Shown here: piece after piece, positions 55,454-63,919 of the stretch
How positions within the stretch are numbered: position 1 is the first letter of the stretch
Layout: the number at the start of each line of letters is the position of its first letter
DNA from: a virus
Reading direction: 5' to 3' (one strand)
DNA length: 64,000 nt
Virus record (IMG/VR): IMGVR_UViG_3300031772_000024
Span: 3,888-67,887 of that record
Notes under the pieces: generated by a model
The model's input: only the letters and a program-made list of their open reading frames with translations
The model's database searches: none
Told to the model about the DNA's origin: nothing
Position numbers and translations under genes: made by a program

Positions 55454-56242
55454 TCAGGTTACCGAGCACAATTCGAAGTGCATCCCATCGGGTCTGCCTG
55501 CGAAGTGACCTCCCCAGAACCAACCCAGATCGTTGGCTATCGGTACGAGCTTCCGAACGGAGCCCTTGCCCCCGACGAGTGTGGGCTGGGCGCCGAGGGC
55601 ATTCCACGCCACGTTGACGTCGAAGGCCGTTGCGAAGGCGTGGTTCGAAAGGACCGTGCGGGATCCGCGAATGAACCGCGGCGCGTAGGATCCGGCCCAC
55701 GAGAGGACGAGACTCTCAAGTCCGGCTTGTTGCCAAGCATCAAAGAGGGCACGAACCCTCTCCACGCCCTTCCGGTGAAAGAGGATGGACCCGTCCGAAG
55801 GTGCGCCCGTCACGCCCGCAAGCTGCGGGATGATGACCCGCTGGACGTTCTGCGCGTACCAGTTGTCGGTCACCCGGATGGCTTCGGGGTTTCCCGGCGT
55901 GGGGCTCGCGACGAACTGGAAGGAGCCGAAGAGGCGCGCCCGCTCGGCTGTTGACACGAGCGGTTGGAGGCCTTCGGGGGCCGGAGGCCAATGGGGGCTC
56001 TCCTCCGAAACGTCGCTGTCCTCAGTAGCGGGCAGGCCTAGCGCCATCGCCATGCCTAGGGTCTTGTTTCCAGCAACGCCGTCTGGTACCAACCCCTGCC
56101 CGCCCTGAAAAGCCTGCGTGGCGGTCTTGGTGCTCGGGCCAAAGGCCCCGTCAGCAACGCCTGTGTAGAGGCCTCGACCCATCAAAAAGGTCTGCCAAGC
56201 CACAACGTCGTCGCCGGTCGACCCTTCTCTGAGGACGCGCAT
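55454..56242 (-). CDS. Endolysin: peptidoglycan-binding domain plus M15 peptidase
   Basis: LREGSTGDDV..WQ..L...DGAFGPST..A...FQ...GL.PDGVAG..T; SNHAFATAFD; WGG.F...DGMHFE. Confidence 0.9.
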   Translation of the reverse strand: MRVLREGSTGDDVVAWQTFLMGRGLYTGVADGAFGPSTKTATQAFQGGQGLVPDGVAGNKTLGMAMALGLPATEDSDVSEESPHWPPAPEGLQPLVSTAERARLFGSFQFVASPTPGNPEAIRVTDNWYAQNVQRVIIPQLAGVTGAPSDGSILFHRKGVERVRALFDAWQQAGLESLVLSWAGSYAPRFIRGSRTVLSNHAFATAFDVNVAWNALGAQPTLVGGKGSVRKLVPIANDLGWFWGGHFAGRPDGMHFELCSVT

Positions 56243-56346
56243 GTGAACCTCCAACGAGAGGCCCTGCACTCGTGGTTTAGCGATCGTTGAAGAAGGTTTC
56301 TATTTTCCGGGGTTCCGTCAGATCGCCGCGGTGTAACGGAGGGGAC

Positions 56347-56697
56347 ATGAAGAACTGCTCGATGTGTGGCAAGGAACACGGGAGCCCTTTCACAGATAAG
56401 GGTCTGCTGGACATCTTCAAGGCGCTGGTGTCTTCGTCGGATGAAGACGATCGTGAGGAGCTTCTCCTCAATCTCGCGCAGACGTTTGCCTGCTCCGCCC
56501 CGCGGACGGACGACACGCACACGGATCAGATCCACGCCCTCCTCGACGAGTTCGAGGTACGTCGGCTGGCGTTCGATCAGGCCGCCCTTCGTCTTGGTCG
56601 CGCCCTTCTTCCGTTGCTTGCCAAGGAGGCGGAGGAAGATGGGCCGACCAAAAGGAGCGTCGCGTTATCGACGCCCCGGCCGACGAACGTAAATTAG
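56347..56697 (+). CDS. Hypothetical protein
   Basis: 11 nt after GGTGTA; CSMCGKEH. Confidence 0.6.
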   Translation: MKNCSMCGKEHGSPFTDKGLLDIFKALVSSSDEDDREELLLNLAQTFACSAPRTDDTHTDQIHALLDEFEVRRLAFDQAALRLGRALLPLLAKEAEEDGPTKRSVALSTPRPTNVN

Positions 56698-57545
56698 TCG
56701 TCGAGGGGGCCGCTGCCTCCGATGAGCCTATCTCGCAAGGTAGGCATTCGGACAGGGGCATCGCGGAATGCGGGCGTTGGATCCGGCGTGGCGTACGATC
56801 GAGTCGGGGTCGGGTCTGGTGCAACAGTGACGGCGGCTTGTCTCGCTGCGGCACGGACTTCCGAGATCGTCATGCCCCGTTGCGACCGGCCCCGGCCCCC
56901 CACAGCCTCACCGTCCTGAACGATGGCGGCCACGCCTCTTGGGACAAAGGGGTATTGCGGTGGGGGCGGGGGTCGATCGACGCGGTAACGCGCGCCGCTC
57001 CCACCGCTCCCACGCGCAGGCCGCTCAGGACCCAAGTCGATGTCCTCGGAGTCTCCGAACTGGATGTCGAAGCCATCCGAGGGAGCCGCGCCCGAGGCCC
57101 CCTCCGTGCCCCACAAGGCCTCAAGCCCGCCATCACGGCCGCTGGCCTCTACCGGTATGCCTTCGGTCCCCCAAAGGCTCTCTAGCGAGATGTTGGTGGG
57201 TACCCCCTGGCTTGCAGACACTCGCCGCGGGGCTGTGGCCGGTTCAGGCTCGGGGGCTTCACCCCAAAGGCTCTCCAGTGTCGCCATCTCCTGACTGACA
57301 CGATGTCCTTGCGGCGCCCATGCAGCCTGGCGCTTCTGCGCATGCACCTGCTGGAGCGTCTCGCTGGACATGAACCACTCAGCGGGAAGATCCGGGAGCG
57401 AAGCGGCAAGCCGAGCAGGAGTGGGCGCCCGTGTCGCGAGAAGGGCTCGCAAAGAGCCTTCAACGCATGAACATGCGTCGGGTAGCCCATCAACATCGTA
57501 GACGGGCAGATTGCAGCGGGGGCACCAATCTACTTGAGTGGGCAA
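56694..57545 (-). CDS. Hypothetical disordered protein with N-terminal Zn motif and LE(S/A)LWG repeats
   Basis: WCPRC...CSC; LESLWGE, LESLWGTEG, LEALWGTEG; GAGG SD and TTG start. Confidence 0.6.
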   Translation of the reverse strand: MPTQVDWCPRCNLPVYDVDGLPDACSCVEGSLRALLATRAPTPARLAASLPDLPAEWFMSSETLQQVHAQKRQAAWAPQGHRVSQEMATLESLWGEAPEPEPATAPRRVSASQGVPTNISLESLWGTEGIPVEASGRDGGLEALWGTEGASGAAPSDGFDIQFGDSEDIDLGPERPARGSGGSGARYRVDRPPPPPQYPFVPRGVAAIVQDGEAVGGRGRSQRGMTISEVRAAARQAAVTVAPDPTPTRSYATPDPTPAFRDAPVRMPTLRDRLIGGSGPLDD

Positions 57546-57588
57546 GGGTCAACCTCATACTCCACTTTTTTCAATACTTTAATCGCTC

Positions 57589-58470
57589 CTAGAGCTTCTT
57601 CCACTCCCCGCCCTCGCGGTTGTACCACTGCGCAGCCCAACCATCGGCGTAGGCACCGGACTTCTTGAAGCGCTTCTTCGCCTCCTCCTGCGCCTGCTTC
57701 CAGAGCTGCGTGTTGAGCGGTTCGTGGCCTGCCTCAACCTGTTGCGTCGCGTAACGGAGGAGCACTTTCTCCACGATCGAGAGCCGCTTCGGTCGCAGCG
57801 GGTCGAGGGACGGGTCCTTCGTGGCGGCGTACCTATTCGGCCGCGGGTCGAGTATCGGGGGTTGGGGTGCGTTCTCGCCCCGGAGCATCGCGAGGCGCAC
57901 GAAAGCCTCGAAGGTAGTCTTCTTGACGTTCGCGGCTATCTGCCCGCGCGTACCGAGCGACAAGGGCACCGTGATCACGACGCGGTCATCCGAACGGTCA
58001 CCGCCCCACAACACGACCTCGTGGACGCCCCACTCAACGGGGTCGAAAGGCTTGGGCTTGAACGCGGGGTCCTCTTTGGGGAGGTAGGACAGGGTGACAT
58101 GCGGGTTGAAGGTCGGGAACCTCTTTGAGAAGCTCACACCCGCCTTCTCGAAAGCGTCCTTCAGCCGCTTGTGCATGTCGTGGAGATCCGCGGACTCGAC
58201 GGGGCAGATGATGGGGACGGTGCCCTTGACGGGATGTGGCGGGAAAGTGGTCACCTCGCGGACCGTCGCCGTGTAGGGCTTGGTCTGCGAAACGACTTCC
58301 ACGAGGGGCTCGACGGCTGCTGCGATCCGGTCCATGGAGACCTCGTCGCCCAGGTTGAGAAGCGTCACGTGGTAGGCGTTTGTCGGCTCGGGCTTTCCTA
58401 GCCCACCGTAATCAAGAGTCGCTATGAGGCGTGCTGCTTCCGCTGGAACACGCAGACCGACAAAAGCCAT
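57589..58470 (-). CDS. 2H phosphoesterase (LigT/ThpR-like) with C-terminal extension
   Basis: AFVGL, YHVTLLNLG and FNPHVTLSY (two HxT motifs); tail KVLLRY...LWKQAQEEAKKRF...AYADGWAAQWYNREGGEW. Confidence 0.85.
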   Translation of the reverse strand: MAFVGLRVPAEAARLIATLDYGGLGKPEPTNAYHVTLLNLGDEVSMDRIAAAVEPLVEVVSQTKPYTATVREVTTFPPHPVKGTVPIICPVESADLHDMHKRLKDAFEKAGVSFSKRFPTFNPHVTLSYLPKEDPAFKPKPFDPVEWGVHEVVLWGGDRSDDRVVITVPLSLGTRGQIAANVKKTTFEAFVRLAMLRGENAPQPPILDPRPNRYAATKDPSLDPLRPKRLSIVEKVLLRYATQQVEAGHEPLNTQLWKQAQEEAKKRFKKSGAYADGWAAQWYNREGGEWKKL

Positions 58471-58533
58471 GAGTTGTGACCTGCCTTGCTGACAGCGGAT
58501 TCACTAAAGAATCATCATGGCGAGGAGCACTCT

Positions 58534-59319
58534 ATGCCGAGAGACATCGTGTTGTCCGCGTTCGCATGTTCTTCCTCGGCCCCATGCTCGAAGTGGGCGA
58601 AGGACTTGTTCCGCGAGGAACCTCTCGTCCTCACGGTCCCGGGCTCGGGGGGCGACTTCATCAAGAAGGGGCGCCAGTGGGCGGCCACGGGTGACGCTTT
58701 CCGGGCTGCACTACGGGAGCTAGCGCCCCAGCACAAGGACATCGAGATAGGCCGACGCGCTCTCGTGACCTTCAGTGCGGGGTGGCAACTTGGAGATGAA
58801 ATTCTGAAGTCACAGGTAGAGTGCGACCGCCTCGATTCGTACCTCGTGGAGGATGGGATCCATACGAAGTCGCTAGAGCACTGGATCCGATTCGGGGTCC
58901 GGGCAGGACGCTCCGAGGCCATGCTTCTCTTGGCGCATACGCAAATCGTCCCGCCCTTCATCTCCACAAAGGAGACGAACACGGGGATCTTCAGAGAGGT
59001 CGGGGCACGTCTCGGCCCCGACCTGAGCACGTACCGCGTCGAGCCTGAAGCCGTGACGAAACCGGACTTCCCTGCGGAGGGGGTCACCATCAAGAGTGGT
59101 GCCCCCGCGACGACGAGGCGCTGGGCTTCAGACCCCCTGGTCGCAGTCGAGTCCCGAGGGGAGCTTCACCGTTTCGAGTACGAAGGGAAGGACGGACCCT
59201 CGCACATGTACATCGCGTGGCACGTTGCCCCGCGACTGTGGCAATTGCTGGCAGGCCGCTGGAACACAATCACGCTGCCCACGGTTGAGATCCGCGCGGG
59301 TGACGATTCTGTTGCCTAG
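58534..59319 (+). CDS. Putative alpha/beta-hydrolase-fold protein
   Basis: LVTFSAG nucleophile-elbow-like motif, EDGIH, late His (PSHM); GAGGAG SD. Confidence 0.55.
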   Translation: MPRDIVLSAFACSSSAPCSKWAKDLFREEPLVLTVPGSGGDFIKKGRQWAATGDAFRAALRELAPQHKDIEIGRRALVTFSAGWQLGDEILKSQVECDRLDSYLVEDGIHTKSLEHWIRFGVRAGRSEAMLLLAHTQIVPPFISTKETNTGIFREVGARLGPDLSTYRVEPEAVTKPDFPAEGVTIKSGAPATTRRWASDPLVAVESRGELHRFEYEGKDGPSHMYIAWHVAPRLWQLLAGRWNTITLPTVEIRAGDDSVA

Positions 59320-59370
59320 CACCCCTATGACACCGCAGAGGAGCTTATAGGTGGCTATTGTAGGTTGGCC

Positions 59371-59634
59371 ATGGCCGTACAACTCAAAAACTTGCTCCGC
59401 GCAGCGAAGGTGTTGTCGCCAGCGGTGGAGGTGAAGCTCAGGGCCATCCCGGATCGGGATGACGCATGGGTGTGCTTCATCTGCGTGGGATCCGTCACGC
59501 TGATTGAGTCCAGTGTCGGAACCCTCGATGAGGTACTCATCGATGCAGGCAGACGCGTGAAGAACATGGGCACTTCAATGCGATCCCACATCGACGAGGG
59601 CGAACTTGGGGGCAACGGGGACGGGTCTACGTGA
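59371..59634 (+). CDS. Hypothetical protein
   Basis: AGGT SD; fills the gap. Confidence 0.45.
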   Translation: MAVQLKNLLRAAKVLSPAVEVKLRAIPDRDDAWVCFICVGSVTLIESSVGTLDEVLIDAGRRVKNMGTSMRSHIDEGELGGNGDGST

Positions 59635-60727
59635 AGCTCGACTCGACGATCTCGTAGCAGTGCCTGTCGAGTTGAACGCGGTTGGGCTCCTTCGGTAGTA
59701 GACACTCTTTCGAGGCCGCCAACTCGCTAAGCTCCGTGTCCTGCGCGGCGGCCCACGCTACGAGGTCCTCGTACGACCAAGATCCGGCACGGATGGCCCG
59801 TAGCTCTTCGGCGTCGGGCCTTTTCACGATGACTTTCCCGGAAGTGAGGATCTCACGGCACATGGATAACAACCTTACGAGGTGTGATGCGTGCTTGCAA
59901 TCGTAACCGAACCGCTCTTCGATCGCAGCCCTAGCTGGATTCCGGTTCGTCTTCCAGTCCTGGTACTGCTGCCACTCGCGCTTCTTGGCGCCATAGCGGC
60001 GTTCCATGTCGAGCAGCTCGATGAAGTTGTCGTCGAACCCGAGGCACCGGGCCGCACCGACCCAAGCCTCGGTGTTCATCGCGGTCGACACCTCGGCGAG
60101 ATGGTCGGCCATCTTGTTCGTGATGGCGATGCGCACGTCCGGCGAGAGTGTGTCGATGAAGTCGATGGCCCACGAGTCGAGCTTCTTCTGGATCGCGGAC
60201 TGCGCCGCCGCGAGCTGGTCGGCAGGGATCAGCGTGCGCTCGGGGAGCTTGTAGTCCGCTCGTAGGGGCGGGGCGAGCGGAGGGTTCTTCAGCCACTTGT
60301 AGTGGGTGTTGATCCGCTTCATCTGCTGGGCCGCGTAGCCCGAGAACGTGTGCTTTGCCTTCTTCGAGAGGAACTGGTCCCGGATCTCGAAGAGCTTGTT
60401 CATCACGGGCGTCACGACCCTGTGGTCCGAGGGATCCGTGTAGAGCAGCTCCAGGACGTTGGGGTTGGCATCCGCCGCGAGGTGGAAGAACCGGCGCACC
60501 TCGAAGATCGCCAGGTCCACGGGTTCGTTCTGGACGCACTGCTCGAACGTCTTGAGGTATCCGTAGTAGTAATCCTTGGGCGCGACCGCGATGCCACGGA
60601 AGTCCGTGTCGCTCTCAGGGCGGCTTGTCCCGTAGGCGTGGGACCCGTGCAGCGTCACGTAGATCGTGCGCTCCGGAAGCCACTCAAGGTTGCCCGTGTA
60701 CATCGTCCAGTTGAAATCGAGGGACAT
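59627..60727 (-). CDS. Pol-beta superfamily nucleotidyltransferase (YcgL/RlaP-like)
   Basis: GSHAYGT..PESDTDFRG, NPNVLELL, FSGYA..Q, GYDCKHASHLVRLL, L.AIRAG; 11 nt after GGTGTA. Confidence 0.88.
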   Translation of the reverse strand: MSLDFNWTMYTGNLEWLPERTIYVTLHGSHAYGTSRPESDTDFRGIAVAPKDYYYGYLKTFEQCVQNEPVDLAIFEVRRFFHLAADANPNVLELLYTDPSDHRVVTPVMNKLFEIRDQFLSKKAKHTFSGYAAQQMKRINTHYKWLKNPPLAPPLRADYKLPERTLIPADQLAAAQSAIQKKLDSWAIDFIDTLSPDVRIAITNKMADHLAEVSTAMNTEAWVGAARCLGFDDNFIELLDMERRYGAKKREWQQYQDWKTNRNPARAAIEERFGYDCKHASHLVRLLSMCREILTSGKVIVKRPDAEELRAIRAGSWSYEDLVAWAAAQDTELSELAASKECLLPKEPNRVQLDRHCYEIVESSFT

Positions 60728-60765
60728 TGACTTCCCCTTACACCGCTCCGGAGTAGTATGGCGGT

Positions 60766-61146
60766 GTGCTTCCCCATGGGTGGACAGTGATCGATGCTTG
60801 GGCGCAGGCGCATATGTCTACGCTCGTGCTCACCGTTCCAGCACTGGCACTGCTCTTCGGAGCCCTAGGGGTCGTCGGTTGGTGCCGGCTGAGCGTTCGC
60901 CTCGATCGGACCGACAGACGGATCAACGAAGTCGAGGGCCTCTCAACGAGGACCCAGAACTCGGCCAGGAACGTCCTCGGTAGAACGAGGGCGCTAGAGG
61001 AACGTCTTGCGTCTGCCGCGCCGCCCGCGAGCCCAGATGAAGGACCCGCCCCAGAGAAGCGCAAGAAACGGATACGCCGAAAGCAAGGCCCTGTCAACTC
61101 GAACGCCTACACGAAGCTGTTCGACGAGGAGAAGGACAGTGAGTGA
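60766..61146 (+). CDS. Single-pass membrane protein
   Basis: Hydrophobic LVLTVPALALLFGALGVVGW; coiled coil; ends NAYTKLFDEE; start uncertain. Confidence 0.55.
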   Translation: MLPHGWTVIDAWAQAHMSTLVLTVPALALLFGALGVVGWCRLSVRLDRTDRRINEVEGLSTRTQNSARNVLGRTRALEERLASAAPPASPDEGPAPEKRKKRIRRKQGPVNSNAYTKLFDEEKDSE

Positions 61147-61405
61147 GGAGAACATCGACGCGGCTGTCCTTGAGGATCAGGCTGCCTACCAGCGCGTTCT
61201 ACAGACTCTCATGATCCGACTCGGGGAGGCCGACCTCCACTGCGAGCAAGCACGGATCGCCGCCGCCATGGATGGCGCTTCAGATCGAGATCACTTCGCA
61301 GCGGATCTCGCAACGCGAAACCTTGAGGTCCAGTGCCACAAGGTGATCGAGTTTGCCCGCACCATGGCGCTCAATGAGCGGGCTAAAGGCCCGTCTGAAG
61401 AGTGA
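61139..61405 (+). CDS. Hypothetical protein
   Basis: GTG start overlapping the previous stop; AAGGA SD. Confidence 0.5.
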   Translation: MSEENIDAAVLEDQAAYQRVLQTLMIRLGEADLHCEQARIAAAMDGASDRDHFAADLATRNLEVQCHKVIEFARTMALNERAKGPSEE

Positions 61406-61901
61406 TGAAGAAGTTGTTCTGAGCGGTCGGGGGCTGCATCACATTCGCGTTGAAGTAGCCGTTGCTTCCGCGCGGGTCCCCCGAGAGGGCCCACTCGTCC
61501 TCCTTCGTCCAGAGGCCGCGTAGCGAGAAGACAAGGCGCTCACCAGATGCGTACGTCAGCGGGACGAGAGGCCCCGCCTGCCTCGATGCGTAGGTGTAGC
61601 GCTCGAATATTCGGGTCGAGATGATCCAGTTCCCCGTGCCCATCACGGCGTGTCCCACGGCGGGCTGCTGCCCGATGATGCTCGTGTACTTGTCAGCGTC
61701 CTCGTCCGAGCCCCAGAGGAGAAAGCCTCCATATAGACCGGTGGACCGGCCCACCTGGAACTCATCCAGCGGGGAATCGACCCACGATACACCCTGCCCC
61801 CCGCTCCAGCCCGAGGCACGAAGAGCGGCATCGAGAGTGACGGCATAGGCGTCGCCCTTGTAGAAGATGATCACGTCCCGCGTGCGGAGTATCTCGGCCA
61901 T
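61383..61901 (-). CDS. Paralog of the capsid decoration protein
   Basis: PLTYASGERLVFSLRGLWT vs ALTYSSGDLVYASVNGLLT in 20144; similar C-terminus; TTCTAT motif upstream. Confidence 0.65.
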   Translation of the reverse strand: MAEILRTRDVIIFYKGDAYAVTLDAALRASGWSGGQGVSWVDSPLDEFQVGRSTGLYGGFLLWGSDEDADKYTSIIGQQPAVGHAVMGTGNWIISTRIFERYTYASRQAGPLVPLTYASGERLVFSLRGLWTKEDEWALSGDPRGSNGYFNANVMQPPTAQNNFFITLQTGL

Positions 61902-61927
61902 CTACGAGTGGCCCAGGCATAGAAGCA

Positions 61928-62338
61928 CTAGACGCTGGGCTTCACGTTCCCGATGGTGACGTGAAAGGGAGTGCCCGCGTCAGGAGACTCCGTCACCCAA
62001 CTCGTTCGCGGGAGGCCAAGCTCCTGACGGATCTCTTCGAGCCCCGGTGCGTAGGCACCAAGCCAGTAGTACGTGTGATCGAAGTACACGTATCCATGAT
62101 ACTGAAAGTCCACGAGCTTACCTTCGTGGCAGCCCCACGCTGACAGGTTCGGGGGCACCTCTCGACGAACGACTGTCATGTGTGGCGCGTACTTCTGCCG
62201 GTTGAGCCTCACAGCACGAGGCACGAGGGCTCGATAGACATCGACGATCCCCATGTCGACCTCGGCCACGAGCCGGTACTCGGTGTTCGTGGTGCTGTAG
62301 CGAAGGATAGCTACAGCCGAGAACAGTGGCGCGGTCAT
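61928..62338 (-). CDS. Small 2H phosphoesterase
   Basis: APHMTVVR and PFHVTIG (two HxT motifs); LEEIRQELGL; ATGA coupling. Confidence 0.75.
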   Translation of the reverse strand: MTAPLFSAVAILRYSTTNTEYRLVAEVDMGIVDVYRALVPRAVRLNRQKYAPHMTVVRREVPPNLSAWGCHEGKLVDFQYHGYVYFDHTYYWLGAYAPGLEEIRQELGLPRTSWVTESPDAGTPFHVTIGNVKPSV

Positions 62339-62784
62339 CGCAGGAGTCGGTCTTTGATCCAGGCTGGGATGGGATCCGTATGGCTGAAGCCTGCGGACAT
62401 CCACCGGTCAGGTTCAGATAGCTGCAAGACCTGATGCCCTGTCAGCATCTTCTGAAAGCACGTGACCATGATCTTGATCGCCCCTGCCTTGCTTTCTTCC
62501 GGGCGAGCGCGCAGGCGGCTGAACATCTCAGTGGCTTCTGTCCTTATCGCTTCCAGCACTTGCGAACGTCCGGACTTCGGATGCAGCAAGTACGTTCCGC
62601 GGAAGGAGGATTCCTTGAACGGTCGCTCCTCCCAGGGAACGGTGGACAAAAGGCTGATCAGTAGCACGGCACGGAAATGATCGCGATCCCCAAGGCTAGC
62701 CGAAAACCCGCGGTATTCCGGGAACTTAGCATAGAGCCTCGCAGCTTGCTTTGGAGGTTCCCCCCCGAAGTAAAAGGTGTGCAT
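62335..62784 (-). CDS. Hypothetical protein (start uncertain)
   Basis: 3' part of the 62335-63057 ORF; stop overlaps the 2H gene start. Confidence 0.45.
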   Translation of the reverse strand: MHTFYFGGEPPKQAARLYAKFPEYRGFSASLGDRDHFRAVLLISLLSTVPWEERPFKESSFRGTYLLHPKSGRSQVLEAIRTEATEMFSRLRARPEESKAGAIKIMVTCFQKMLTGHQVLQLSEPDRWMSAGFSHTDPIPAWIKDRLLR

Positions 62785-63104
62785 CTGGTTCAACCTGTGC
62801 TCATCGAGTTCAAGGCCCACGGGAATGAGCACTACACCACCGCGCGAAAGAAGACACCCGAGGCATGTTGGGTCTGATCCTCGCTCGGTGTATGAGGGGT
62901 GTCCGCCTGGCCGATTTTCTTGCCAGCGTACCGCGGACTCCGATATGAAAGCACCCTTCCCCAATCTTGGCTTGGGGAGGGCGACCCCCGAAGAGAACTT
63001 GTTCTCCTCAGGGTTGTTTTCTGAGCCCCGGCGGGCAGTTGACGCTTGGGACCCCACCGGCCTCTAGGTACCAAGAGGCTGGTGAAAACCAGGAGGTACA
63101 TCTC

Positions 63105-63878
63105 ATGCAGGTTGTCATCGCGTGGTTCCTGTCCTTCATCGTCGGCCTCGCGCCCCCGGATCGTCACCAGTATCTTCCGGCTGCGCGTGAATCGACGGAC
63201 GAAGCGTCAGATCGCTACGAATCGATCGCTCAGGATGTGTTCGACGTGGTTTACGACAAATCGAACCCCCCGCTATTCAAGGGGAACGATGGTCGTGCAA
63301 AGACGGCGGCGGTCGTTTTGAGCGTGATGTGGTTCGAGTCTCAGTTCCGAAAGGATGTCGATTTCGGGGTTGGAGATCGGTCACGAGGAGACAGTGGGAG
63401 GAGCTGGTGTCTCATGCAGATCCAGACGGGATCTGGAAGGACATGGGCCTGGAATGCAGCCAAGAACCGTTTCGCAGAGCCGAGGGACCCTGCGGAAGAT
63501 GTCGAACGGGGCTGGACAGGAGCGGAACTGACGGCAGACCGGAAGAAATGCATTCTCGCGGGGCTGCGCATCGCCCGCATGTCTTTCAACGCTTGTGCGG
63601 GCTTGCCGGTCGCGGATCGGCTTCGTGTATACGCCTCGGGCTCTTGCAACAAGGGTGCCCGTGAGTCAGAACACCGCGTAGGGCTCGCAATGCGTTGGGT
63701 GAAAAGGAATCCAGTCCCGGCCTCCGATGACACGATCTTCGCCGAATTGAACGGCGATCAGCAGCGTGAGCAGCAGGACGACGGCATCCTGGGAGCACCC
63801 TACAGCGGCCTTTATGCCTCGACCGCTCCCTATTTCATCCGCCCCATGGTGGATTTCCTTTTGCCCTACAACCTGTAG
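63105..63878 (+). CDS. Lysozyme-like/SLT transglycosylase-family protein with signal peptide
   Basis: VMWFESQFR (catalytic E-S), GDSGRSWCLMQI, YASGSC; hydrophobic N-terminus; AGGAGG SD. Confidence 0.7.
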   Translation: MQVVIAWFLSFIVGLAPPDRHQYLPAARESTDEASDRYESIAQDVFDVVYDKSNPPLFKGNDGRAKTAAVVLSVMWFESQFRKDVDFGVGDRSRGDSGRSWCLMQIQTGSGRTWAWNAAKNRFAEPRDPAEDVERGWTGAELTADRKKCILAGLRIARMSFNACAGLPVADRLRVYASGSCNKGARESEHRVGLAMRWVKRNPVPASDDTIFAELNGDQQREQQDDGILGAPYSGLYASTAPYFIRPMVDFLLPYNL

Positions 63879-63919
63879 ACCGTCACGGGGTGTCCCGTGA
63901 CCTACAGGAGTTGGAAGGC

